The translations under genes were made by a program, and so were the position numbers. Of a stretch of 64,000 nucleotides of DNA, positions 1 to 8,397 are shown piece by piece. The stretch's first letter is position 1. Every line of letters begins with the position of its first letter. Source of the DNA: an uncultured bacterium (lineage in GTDB: Bacteria > Actinomycetota > Acidimicrobiia > Spongiisociales > UBA5794); contig CAWDDT010000001.1 of NCBI GenBank assembly GCA_963801165.1, forward strand, positions 11,229-75,228. The letters are read 5' to 3'. The notes beneath the pieces were generated by a model. That model worked only from the letters and a program-made list of their open reading frames with translations, was not told where the DNA came from and did not search any database.

Positions 1-411
1 GGTTCGATCGCCGAGGCCGAGGAGATCCAGCAGATCACGGGCTCGGGATTCTGCCGAACGGCGGTTCATCCCACCGAGCATTGCCGCGAGTGCGATGTTA
101 TCCAGGGCCGACATACCTTCAAGCAGGTTGAAGAATTGAAAGACGATCCCGACGTGGCGCCGGCGGAATTCCGCCAACCAGCGCTCGTCACGCCCGGTGA
201 CCGTGAGGTCGTCCACGATGACCTCGCCCTCGTCGGCTGTTTCGAGACCGGCGAAGATGTTGAGCAATGTGGACTTGCCGCACCCCGACGGTCCCATGAG
301 GGCCACAAACTCGCCGTGGCCCACTTCGAGATCGACGCCGCGCAGGGCTCGAACGGGCGCCAGCTCCGCCGCAAACGTGCGGCGTACCCCCGTAGCACTC
401 AACGCACTCAC
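1..411 (-). CDS. ABC transporter ATP-binding protein (LolD/MacB-like), 3' end outside window
   Basis: Not in ORF track. Read manually from GTG at 411 after GAGG: MSALSATGVRRTFAAELAPVRALRGVDLEVGHGEFVALMGPSGCGKSTLLN (Walker A), later GIVFQFFNLL (Q-loop). Confidence 0.9.
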   Translation of the reverse strand, partial: MSALSATGVRRTFAAELAPVRALRGVDLEVGHGEFVALMGPSGCGKSTLLNIFAGLETADEGEVIVDDLTVTGRDERWLAEFRRRHVGIVFQFFNLLEGMSALDNIALAAMLGGMNRRSAESRARDLLDLLGLGDRT

Positions 412-546
412 GAATTCCTCCTCGAGCAGAACCGACCGACAGCCGGATCGCAGCCCTGGATCATCGTGCGCACAGTCCGCGATCGCAAGCGTCGGGGCGA
501 TGGGCCGGCCGGGCGACAAAGATGGGATGTCCTGGTCATGGCGGGG

Positions 547-1539
547 TCAACGCTCCTCACGGCGGTGATCCGCTGCGATCGCAGCCAGGGTGACCGGGTC
601 GGCGGTGACGGCCCGTTGCACCGCGACCCGGGCTGCGGTCCGGGCTCGCACGGTGGCGGATCGAACGCCGCCCTCGAGGATCGAGCGCTCGCCGACGATG
701 GCGCCGGGACCAACCTCGGCCACCGTCTCCCCGTCGACATCGACGTCGAAGACTCCGTCGATGACCAGGTACAGCTCGTCACCAGGCTCGTTCTGGACCG
801 TGATTGTCTCGCCGGCTGCCACCTTGCGGAACTTCGGTTTCGATCGCATCAGGTCCTTGGAGAACTCCCGCTCCACCGGGCTGGCGACCTCGGCCACGAG
901 CGGAACGTGCTCCACGCCGTGCCACGGCGATCGCGCGTGATCGTGGATCCGGGTCCAGGTCTTCCAGTCGGTAGTCGCCGTCTTCAACGCGAGATCCCCG
1001 TTGCCGTCGTAGACCCACTGCCGCGGGAACGGGGAGGACCCCGAGAGCTCGAACACGGGTGTCCCAGTCGCCGCGATGTCGAGGGTGAGGGTCGACCACG
1101 CAGTCGGTCCGCTGATCCGCAGGAAGGGTGGTCGGTCGATCCGGCGCGGTAATGGTGCTCCCGTTCGGCCCCCGGCGGTCTGGGTGAACCGGGCTCGCCC
1201 GTTTGCGACGACGGGAGGCTGCTGCAGGACGGGGTAGGCGACGCCCGGGAAGGTGATCTTGAGCGGACCGAGATGGGCAGTCGTCGATCCTACGATTCCT
1301 GTCCCTGAATAGCCGGCGTCGACGATATCGCCGTCTTCGACGTCGATCCATGCCGAGAGACGGTTAGCGAAGCGGATGGCATCGTTCTCCACGAGTTGCG
1401 CAAGAACGTCGCGGTCGATGTGATCAGGCGGTGGTGGGTCGTAGTGGCCGACTCCCATGTCGATCGGGAGCCGTACCATCCCCTCGATCGCTTCCGATGG
1501 GATCCAACCGAGCGATGTGACCGTCGATTCGTATCGCAT
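547..1539 (-). CDS. Cyclic nucleotide-binding domain protein with uncharacterised ~210-aa N-terminal domain
   Basis: C-terminal GETITVQNEPGDELYLVIDG...GAIVGERSILEGGVRSATVRA is a cNMP-binding (CAP_ED) cassette; RBS GGAGGAGG upstream. Confidence 0.85.
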   Translation of the reverse strand: MRYESTVTSLGWIPSEAIEGMVRLPIDMGVGHYDPPPPDHIDRDVLAQLVENDAIRFANRLSAWIDVEDGDIVDAGYSGTGIVGSTTAHLGPLKITFPGVAYPVLQQPPVVANGRARFTQTAGGRTGAPLPRRIDRPPFLRISGPTAWSTLTLDIAATGTPVFELSGSSPFPRQWVYDGNGDLALKTATTDWKTWTRIHDHARSPWHGVEHVPLVAEVASPVEREFSKDLMRSKPKFRKVAAGETITVQNEPGDELYLVIDGVFDVDVDGETVAEVGPGAIVGERSILEGGVRSATVRARTAARVAVQRAVTADPVTLAAIAADHRREER

Positions 1540-1620
1540 TGTTCCTCCTCCGGCATCCGTTACGGAACCACTGTTCCGGACGGACGGTCTGTGGTCCAGG
1601 GTGCGAGCAGGCCAATCGGG

Positions 1621-1637
1621 GTATGGGAAACCCCACC
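1621..1637. promoter_or_regulatory. Putative response-regulator binding site, copy 1
   Basis: GTATGGGAAACCCCACC between the divergent cNMP-binding and cyclase genes; 16/17 match to the reverse complement of 3474-3490. Confidence 0.55.
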
Positions 1638-1694
1638 CCGGATCAACCGGTTCACCCGCTGGCGGCCGGCTGATCGTTTGCGCACCATGTGGGC

Positions 1695-2999
1695 ATGACC
1701 ATCTCGGTGTTCCTGGCCGACGACAACCTCCTCGTGCGGGAGGGCGTAGGCGCGCTCATCGCGCTCGCACCCGACATCGAGGTGGTCGGCCTGGCCGGCG
1801 ACTTCGACAGCCTCGTCGACGGGGCAACCGCCGTTGCTCCACAGGTCGTTGTCACCGACATCCGGATGCCACCCGACTTCATGCGTGAAGGCATCGAAGC
1901 CGCCAAGATCGTGCGCAAGACGCATCCGGGGACAGGGATCGTGATCCTGTCCCAGTACGACGATCCCGAATACGCGGTGGCGCTCCTGTCTGAAGGCGCT
2001 GCCGGATATGCGTATCTCCTCAAGGACCGGATCGCCAAAGGCGACCAGCTGGTCAGGGCGATCCGCGAGGTCGCCACGGGCGGCTCGATGCTCGATCCGA
2101 AGATCGTGGAGGCACTCACCCGTCCGGTGAGCCGGGATGGCCTCCTCGATGCCGACGAAGAGCGTCTGCTGACTCATATAGCCGAAGGGACACCGATCAA
2201 GGGGATTGCGGCCGGGATGAGGACGACTGCGGCCGATGTGGATGCGCGTATCGAGGCGCTCTTTGTGAAGCTTGCCGGGGGTGTTTCGTCGGGGAGCCAT
2301 GCTGCGGTCGAGCAACTCCGCAGGCTGCAGCGGGCGATCGCCGTCCGCGAGGAACAGGGTGAGGAACTGTCCCGGCTCCTACCAGGAGGCATCGCAGCCA
2401 GGCTTAAACAAGGTGGTCACCGGATAGGAGATACCGAAGAGCTCGAGGTCACGGTGCTCATGTCGGACATTCGCGGGTATTCGGGCATCGCAGAGCGAGC
2501 CGCTCCCACCGCGCTCGCCGGGCAGCTCAATCGCCATCGTGCTGAGATGAACCGGGCGATCCTGGCGCATGGCGGTACGGTGATGCAGTTCGTCGGTGAC
2601 GCGGTTATGGCGGTCTTCGGAGCGCCCGACCCTGCCGCGGATCACGCCGAGAGCGCCGTCGCGGCAGCCATCGACATGCACATAGCGCAGGCCCGGGTCA
2701 ATGCCGAATGGCAGGTGGAGGGCCTCGACGAATTCGAGCTCGGCATCGGGGTGTCGAGCGGCCCGGTCGCAGCTGCGCTCCTAGGCTCTGAGGAGCGCGT
2801 CGAGTACACCCTGGTCGGAGACACCGTGAACCTGGCGCAGCGGCTCCAGCAATGGGGCGACCCGGGTGAGACAATCCTCAGTGAAGCGACTCACGCCGGT
2901 CTCAGGACTCCACCCGAGTGCGATGCGATCGAGCCGGCTTTGGTGAAGGGTCGCCAGTCGCCGATTGGCGCCTATCGGTTTCCGCCACGGGTTCGGTGA
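1695..2999 (+). CDS. Response regulator (REC + degenerate LuxR HTH) fused to class III nucleotidyl cyclase
   Basis: N-terminal LADD..TDIRMPP..YLLK receiver; C-terminal SDIRGYS, QFVGDAVM, GDTVNLAQR cyclase motifs. Confidence 0.9.
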   Translation: MTISVFLADDNLLVREGVGALIALAPDIEVVGLAGDFDSLVDGATAVAPQVVVTDIRMPPDFMREGIEAAKIVRKTHPGTGIVILSQYDDPEYAVALLSEGAAGYAYLLKDRIAKGDQLVRAIREVATGGSMLDPKIVEALTRPVSRDGLLDADEERLLTHIAEGTPIKGIAAGMRTTAADVDARIEALFVKLAGGVSSGSHAAVEQLRRLQRAIAVREEQGEELSRLLPGGIAARLKQGGHRIGDTEELEVTVLMSDIRGYSGIAERAAPTALAGQLNRHRAEMNRAILAHGGTVMQFVGDAVMAVFGAPDPAADHAESAVAAAIDMHIAQARVNAEWQVEGLDEFELGIGVSSGPVAAALLGSEERVEYTLVGDTVNLAQRLQQWGDPGETILSEATHAGLRTPPECDAIEPALVKGRQSPIGAYRFPPRVR

Positions 3000-3033
3000 G
3001 TGATGTCTCGCCGACTTGCCGCTGACGCAGCCG

Positions 3034-3417
3034 TCAGTCCCCCCAGGATCCGGACAACGCGGCGAGGCTCCCGGGCCCGAACTCGGACTTCGATATGAAG
3101 GCGACCGCCCCGGCCGCTAGCGCCGGCCCGCCATACTCCTTTGCGTGGTGCGTCGACAAGACGATTACCCGGATGCCGCTGCCGTTTGCCGTGAGCCGCC
3201 GGGTAGCCTCGAGACCATCGATACCCGGCATCTGGACGTCCATCAGCACGAGGTCCGGCGCCAACTCGTCTGCGAGGGCGAGACCCGATTCGCCGTCGTG
3301 CGCCTCGCCGACGATCTCGAAACCGTCCATGAGGTCCACAACCATGCGCAGGGCGGCGCGAAACGGCTCCTGGTCGTCAACGATGAGAACCCGGATCGGC
3401 TGCTTCGGAGTGGTCAC
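3034..3417 (-). CDS. Single-domain response regulator (REC only)
   Basis: VLIVDD..LMDVQMPGIDG..FISK; no output domain. Confidence 0.9.
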   Translation of the reverse strand: MTTPKQPIRVLIVDDQEPFRAALRMVVDLMDGFEIVGEAHDGESGLALADELAPDLVLMDVQMPGIDGLEATRRLTANGSGIRVIVLSTHHAKEYGGPALAAGAVAFISKSEFGPGSLAALSGSWGD

Positions 3418-3473
3418 GAGGATATCGTCACCCGTGGGCGATTCGTGTGAAAGGAAGCGGCCATGCGTCTCTC

Positions 3474-3490
3474 GGTGGGGTTTTCCATAC
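3474..3490. promoter_or_regulatory. Putative response-regulator binding site, copy 2
   Basis: GGTGGGGTTTTCCATAC (reverse complement GTATGGAAAACCCCACC) upstream of the REC-only gene. Confidence 0.55.
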
Positions 3491-4153
3491 CTACCCCTGC
3501 TCGGCGAGGTGCATCATCACGGCGAGGACCCGGCGATTGGTGCTGCTCTCGGGGATGAGGTCGAGCTTTGTGAAGATCGAGTTGATGTGCTTCTCGACGG
3601 CGCCCTGCGACAGATAGAGCGTATCGGCTATCGCGGAATTGCTCTTGCCGGTTGCCAGTTCGGCCATCACCTCGGATTCCCGCGGGCTGAGACGGTGGAG
3701 CTTGGACTCCTTGCGCTTGAGACGAGCGTCGACGAGTGCATCGACGACCTTGGGGTCGATCATCGAGCCGCCGTTGCAGACGGAATGGATGGCGTTTTCC
3801 AACTGGCCGATGTCGGCGACGCGTTCCTTGAGGAGGTAGGCGAGACCGGCGGATCCGCCATCGAGGAGGCCGAGGGCGTACTGCGGCTCCACGTACTGGG
3901 AAAGGACTACCACGCCCACTTCAGGATGTGCTGCCCTGATGTGTCTGGCTGCCCGGATGCCCTCGTCCGTCCTGGTGGGCGGCATGCGGATATCGGTGAT
4001 CACGACGTCGGGGGGAGATGCGGCGACAACCTCGACGAGCTCGTCGTAATTTTCGGCGACGCCCAGGATCTCGTAACCGGCAGCCTCGAGGAGCATTCGC
4101 ACCCCCTCGCGGACGATGAAGCTGTCTTCCGCGAGCACGATTGTCGTCGTCAC
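3491..4153 (-). CDS. NarL/LuxR-family response regulator
   Basis: LAEDS..TDIRMPP receiver plus LSPRESEVMAELATGKSNSAIA..VEKHINSIFTKL HTH; TATCGT-N7-GTG start. Confidence 0.92.
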   Translation of the reverse strand: MTTTIVLAEDSFIVREGVRMLLEAAGYEILGVAENYDELVEVVAASPPDVVITDIRMPPTRTDEGIRAARHIRAAHPEVGVVVLSQYVEPQYALGLLDGGSAGLAYLLKERVADIGQLENAIHSVCNGGSMIDPKVVDALVDARLKRKESKLHRLSPRESEVMAELATGKSNSAIADTLYLSQGAVEKHINSIFTKLDLIPESSTNRRVLAVMMHLAEQG

Positions 4154-4293
4154 GGGCCATACGATAGACCGACGACATCCGGGAAGGGTTGCGGTCAAAG
4201 GGCCGGGTCGGGCACGTCGCCGGCTCGGCGTCGGATCGAGCAGCCCGCCCATGGGCACGCTCGCCGTCACTGGTCGGACGAGGGCCTACCGGC

Positions 4294-5121
4294 ATGCGCG
4301 TGACGATGCTCGGCACCCGCGGGTCGATACCCACACCGGGGGCGCGGTTCGTCAGGTACGGCGGCAACACGTCATGCGTCGCTGTTTCTCGGGACGGGGA
4401 GATGCCCGCGATCCTGCTTGATGCCGGATCTGGCCTGGCGACCGCCGGCCCACTGTTTGGGGAGGAGCCTTTCCGGGGGTCGATTCTTCTCGGCCACCTG
4501 CATTGGGATCACGTCTACGGGCTTCCGTTCTTTGCGGCCGGGGACCACACGGGCGCCCGTGTGCGGGTGCACCTCCCGGCTCAGGGTGACCCGTACGAGG
4601 CGCTCGCACGTTTTCTCTCCCCGCCGGCGTTCCCGATTGACGTGGGAGGGTTGCGCGGCGACTGGCAGGTGATCGGCCTCGAGCCGGGGGCCTTCGAAGC
4701 GGATGGTTTCGAGCTGCTCGCCGCCGACATACCTCACAAGGGCGGCAGGACCTTTGGGTACCGCATCGAGGATGGGACTACGTCAATCGCGTACTTGTCG
4801 GATCACAGCCCGACGGACCTCGGCATGGGGCCGGACGGCATCGGCGAGTACCACGAAGCTGCTCTGGCGCTCGCCGCCGGTGTCGACCTCCTGATCCACG
4901 ATTCTCAGTACACACCCGGGGAACTCGTCGAGAAGATCGATTGGGGTCACTGTTCCTACCGCTACCCGATCGAGCTAGCGCGCCGGGCGGGTGCGCGGCA
5001 CACGATGTTGTTCCACCACGATCCCGGCCACGACGACGAGACACTCGACGCTATAGCCGGCCTCATCCACGGAGAGCGCGGTGTCTCGCTCGCCGTCGAG
5101 GGGACCGTGGTCGATCTCTAG
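4294..5121 (+). CDS. MBL-fold metallo-hydrolase (possible cyclic phosphodiesterase)
   Basis: LGTRGSIPTPG..YGGNTSCV, HLHWDH metal motif, PHKG, SDH, HDSQY, GH, FHHDP. Confidence 0.88.
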   Translation: MRVTMLGTRGSIPTPGARFVRYGGNTSCVAVSRDGEMPAILLDAGSGLATAGPLFGEEPFRGSILLGHLHWDHVYGLPFFAAGDHTGARVRVHLPAQGDPYEALARFLSPPAFPIDVGGLRGDWQVIGLEPGAFEADGFELLAADIPHKGGRTFGYRIEDGTTSIAYLSDHSPTDLGMGPDGIGEYHEAALALAAGVDLLIHDSQYTPGELVEKIDWGHCSYRYPIELARRAGARHTMLFHHDPGHDDETLDAIAGLIHGERGVSLAVEGTVVDL

Positions 5122-5203
5122 CGCAATCGAATCGCGGAATCGGATGCGGGCGTCGGCCGATTCGACCCGGTAGTCTCGTCGAACTCAGTGAGGAGATTTG
5201 GGA

Positions 5204-5575
5204 ATGGACGGACCAGAGAAGGTCAGCGAGCGGCTGGTGTCATTGCTGAATGCGGGAGATATCGACGCCGTCGTAGCGCTCTACGAGGACGATGCGGTGT
5301 TTGCGGACCTCGACGGGGCGGTCCGGGGGCCCGACGCCGTTCGCTTCGCACACAAGGAATTCGCGGAGTCGGGCTACGTTCTGGCATTGGATCGCCCTGT
5401 CGCATTCGAAGCCGGCGACATCGCCCTTGTTCACTGGTCCTGGACGGTCACACGTCCGGATGGCTCTTTGATCGAGGGTGTCAGCGCCGAGGTGTTGCGG
5501 CGACAGCCCGACGGGCAATGGAAGTATGTTATCGACAATTCGGACGGGTCTGCGGTGCTGGGACGCGGCAAGTAG
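5204..5575 (+). CDS. SnoaL/NTF2-like (DUF4440-type) protein
   Basis: AGDIDAVVALYEDDAV..EVLRRQPDGQWKYVIDN. Confidence 0.8.
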   Translation: MDGPEKVSERLVSLLNAGDIDAVVALYEDDAVFADLDGAVRGPDAVRFAHKEFAESGYVLALDRPVAFEAGDIALVHWSWTVTRPDGSLIEGVSAEVLRRQPDGQWKYVIDNSDGSAVLGRGK

Positions 5576-5593
5576 TCCCGACGGCAGGACGAG

Positions 5594-6991
5594 TCATCCG
5601 AGATCTCGAACCGCAGCTCGCGCTGCGTGGTAGCCGCACATACCATGCACCCCCGCACCGGGTGGAGTCACGGACGAACATAGATAGACCCGCTCCCCAA
5701 GCCGATAGTGGCGCGAGGCCCCGAGCCCCAAGAACCGTCCTGTCGTGAGCGCTCCACCCGCGATATTGCCGCCGACGTAGTTGGGGTTGTATGCCTCAAA
5801 GGCCGAAGTGCCCATTGTGTGCCGTGCGAGGATGTGGCCCCGGAAGCGCGGTGCAAAGCGTTCGATCTGTGTTTCGATTGCATCGGTCATGTCGACGGTT
5901 GAGCCCGACGGCACGTGGCAATACCCCCAGAGTGTGTGACTACCCGCAGGGGCCCGATCCGGATCGAACAGCGACTGTTGGGCAACGACCACGAAGGGGC
6001 GTCGCGGATGCTCGCCGCGTTGGACCTGACGCTCCGATGCAGCGATCTCTGCGAAAGTACCACCGACGTGGACCGTTCCCGCGGTAGCGCTGTGGTCGTC
6101 CCGCCACGGTACCGGGGCATCGAGGGCCCAATCGACCTTGAACACACCCGGCCCGGACCGCCACGACCGTAGGCGGCGACGCGTAGCGGTGCTGAAGCCG
6201 GCACCGGCGATCTCCAACGCGGCCGGCGGCATTACATCGAGCATGATGAGGGCACCACGGGGTAGTTCGTCGATGGATCTCACCATCCTTCCCGTTTCGA
6301 TCTCTCCACCGGAAGCGACGATGGCTCGGGCCATGAGCTCAGAGATGCGCTGGGAACCGCCCCGTACGAGGGGCCACCCCGCACTGTGCACAGTTGTCGC
6401 AAAGGTCCCGGCCACTGCCCCGGTGAACGGCGCGGACATCGAAGCAATCGAGTGAGCGGCGAGCCCGGCAACGATTCCCCTGGCCTCCGGCGTGCGGAAG
6501 ATCTTTGCGAGCACAATGGCCGGCACGGCGCCGAGGACGGCGAGCCTACCCAGGGCGAGCATATCCCCGGGGACCGGTCGAATGGGCCCAAGCACACGTT
6601 CAACCAGGGCATCCGACCGTTCCACCATGGGACCGATGAGCCGCCTGTAGGTCGGCCCATCCGCGCCGAGACCCTGTGCGGTCGCGTCCAGGTCGTGGTA
6701 CAGCACTCCGACCCTTCCACCGTCGAGGGGATGGGTCACCGGCACGGTTGGGTGTATCCAATCGATTGGGTCGAGGGATTGGAAGAATGGTGACGCCGCG
6801 CCAAAGGGATGGATGGCAGAGCACACGTCATGGACGAATCCCGGAAGGGTGAGCTCGGCGCTCCGGGTGCCTCCGCCGATTGAATCGGAGCTTTCGACCA
6901 CGAGCACACGAAAGCCCGCCCGGGTGAGCTCGACCGCTGCGGCCAACCCATTCGGTCCCGAACCGACAACCACCGCATCGAAGTCTCCCAT
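5594..6991 (-). CDS. FAD-dependent oxidoreductase, phytoene dehydrogenase-like
   Basis: VVVGSGPNGLAAA Rossmann motif, HDVCSAIHP, C-terminal TPPGAGVHGMCG. Confidence 0.88.
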   Translation of the reverse strand: MGDFDAVVVGSGPNGLAAAVELTRAGFRVLVVESSDSIGGGTRSAELTLPGFVHDVCSAIHPFGAASPFFQSLDPIDWIHPTVPVTHPLDGGRVGVLYHDLDATAQGLGADGPTYRRLIGPMVERSDALVERVLGPIRPVPGDMLALGRLAVLGAVPAIVLAKIFRTPEARGIVAGLAAHSIASMSAPFTGAVAGTFATTVHSAGWPLVRGGSQRISELMARAIVASGGEIETGRMVRSIDELPRGALIMLDVMPPAALEIAGAGFSTATRRRLRSWRSGPGVFKVDWALDAPVPWRDDHSATAGTVHVGGTFAEIAASERQVQRGEHPRRPFVVVAQQSLFDPDRAPAGSHTLWGYCHVPSGSTVDMTDAIETQIERFAPRFRGHILARHTMGTSAFEAYNPNYVGGNIAGGALTTGRFLGLGASRHYRLGERVYLCSSVTPPGAGVHGMCGYHAARAAVRDLG

Positions 6992-7142
6992 GCCACCGAT
7001 TCTGGCACCGCCCGTCCGCTCTCGAGACGTGTAGCTGGCAGCGTCGACTCGCACCCTGTCCGGCTGGACTCGCCGGGTGGTCGCCTTCGCATAATCTCAG
7101 AGTTGACTGAGTCGTGTTTCGTCGGAATCGCCCGTTGGCGTG

Positions 7143-8162
7143 TTACATCGCAAACGTGTGCGATGCCGCCATCGAGACACCGAGATCACGCCAAGCCTCG
7201 GTGTTTTCGCCGTAGGTCAGGCACGCCCGTCGCAGCACCGCAACTGCGTCGACCTCATCGGGATCGAGCCGTCGCGGTGCGATACGGACGAGTTGGCGAG
7301 CCGCCGCCTCCACATCGTGTGGCAACGAGCTCCACGGCGCCGCCGCCTGCTCGGGAACCGTCGCGTCAGGCGTGACCGCGGCGGCCACTACGAGGAGCGG
7401 CGCCACAACGGCCGGAACACCGCCGGCTTTGAAGGTCCGCAGTATCCGGTCAACGTATGCGGTGAGAAGCGTGCTCGACCAGCGGTCGAGCGGCCGGCCC
7501 ACGCCGCGACCATGCAACGAGCGCCATTGCCGGGGGAGCCGTTCGCCGACGACGGTCCTCGCGTGCGACCAGCCGCGGGAGGTGGCGGCTCGTTCCCGGA
7601 CGCTAATCCGCTTGCCCTTCATCCTCCTCCGGTAGCGGGCAGCGAACCGCCCCGAGAACCACGGGTTGAGCTGGAGCGATGCCGTTAACTCGCGCGGGAG
7701 TCGCTGTTTGGTGTGGAGGATGGTGTGCAGCGCCTCCTCCGCCAGCGGCACGGAAACCGTAACGCCGCCGAGACCCGGCAGCATCTCTCGCCAACCGGGA
7801 GAGGTGGCGACCACCGGGGCATTGGCGGTGATCCATCTCAGGACGGGCGCCCGACCCAGCGCCATCGTCGCTGCGGTGTGGAGCGCCGCCCTGTCTTGCG
7901 GATCATCGACCGGGTGGGCGCGGCGCACGAGGCGGTCGACAAAGGGGGGATCCGTGTCGGCCGCAAGAGCCGCACAGCGGGCGGCGGCTAGGGAGTCCAA
8001 CGGAACGACATCCGCACGAGTGGCGGATATCGGCCCGCTGATGGAGATCCCGGCCTGCCAGAGCACGCGGATGAAGCCGGTCGACATATCCGGTGCGGTG
8101 GCGATGAGTGTGCCTACCGCGGCCGACGGAATCTCCCATAACGTTGCTGAGTAGTCCGGCAC
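7143..8162 (-). CDS. Hypothetical protein
   Basis: Long ORF filling the gap between genes; AGAGAGG upstream of GTG at 8162; no recognised motif. Confidence 0.5.
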   Translation of the reverse strand: MPDYSATLWEIPSAAVGTLIATAPDMSTGFIRVLWQAGISISGPISATRADVVPLDSLAAARCAALAADTDPPFVDRLVRRAHPVDDPQDRAALHTAATMALGRAPVLRWITANAPVVATSPGWREMLPGLGGVTVSVPLAEEALHTILHTKQRLPRELTASLQLNPWFSGRFAARYRRRMKGKRISVRERAATSRGWSHARTVVGERLPRQWRSLHGRGVGRPLDRWSSTLLTAYVDRILRTFKAGGVPAVVAPLLVVAAAVTPDATVPEQAAAPWSSLPHDVEAAARQLVRIAPRRLDPDEVDAVAVLRRACLTYGENTEAWRDLGVSMAASHTFAM

Positions 8163-8397
8163 CGAGCATCCTCTTTCTGGACCCGCGTCGACATTACTCG
8201 GTGCCTTTTTGACCGGCATACCAACGCGAACGCACATTCGGTAGCGACCAGGACAGGCGCTGGTACTTTCACCGGCCATCCCATCGATCCCGGGCCGGCG
8301 TCACCCTGGCAAAACTGCGAGGGTGACTCGCTCGGATCGGGCAGCCCCGTGCGCCGCCGTTCTCGTAGGATGGGTGGTAGCTGTTTCGAGGAGCGCT

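Noticed and set aside
136-1152. Long plus-strand ORFs antisense to real genes (also 3095..4303, 14239..15483, 15592..16848, 23543..24748, 33704..34960, 61311..62468; minus-strand 8269..9825)
   Set aside because: Shadow ORFs typical of high-GC DNA; the opposite strand carries clear family motifs.
547-5121. Pycsar/CBASS anti-phage system
   Set aside because: No TM or TIR effector, the cyclase is REC-fused, and the context is two-component signalling rather than a defence island. Non-canonical product remains possible.
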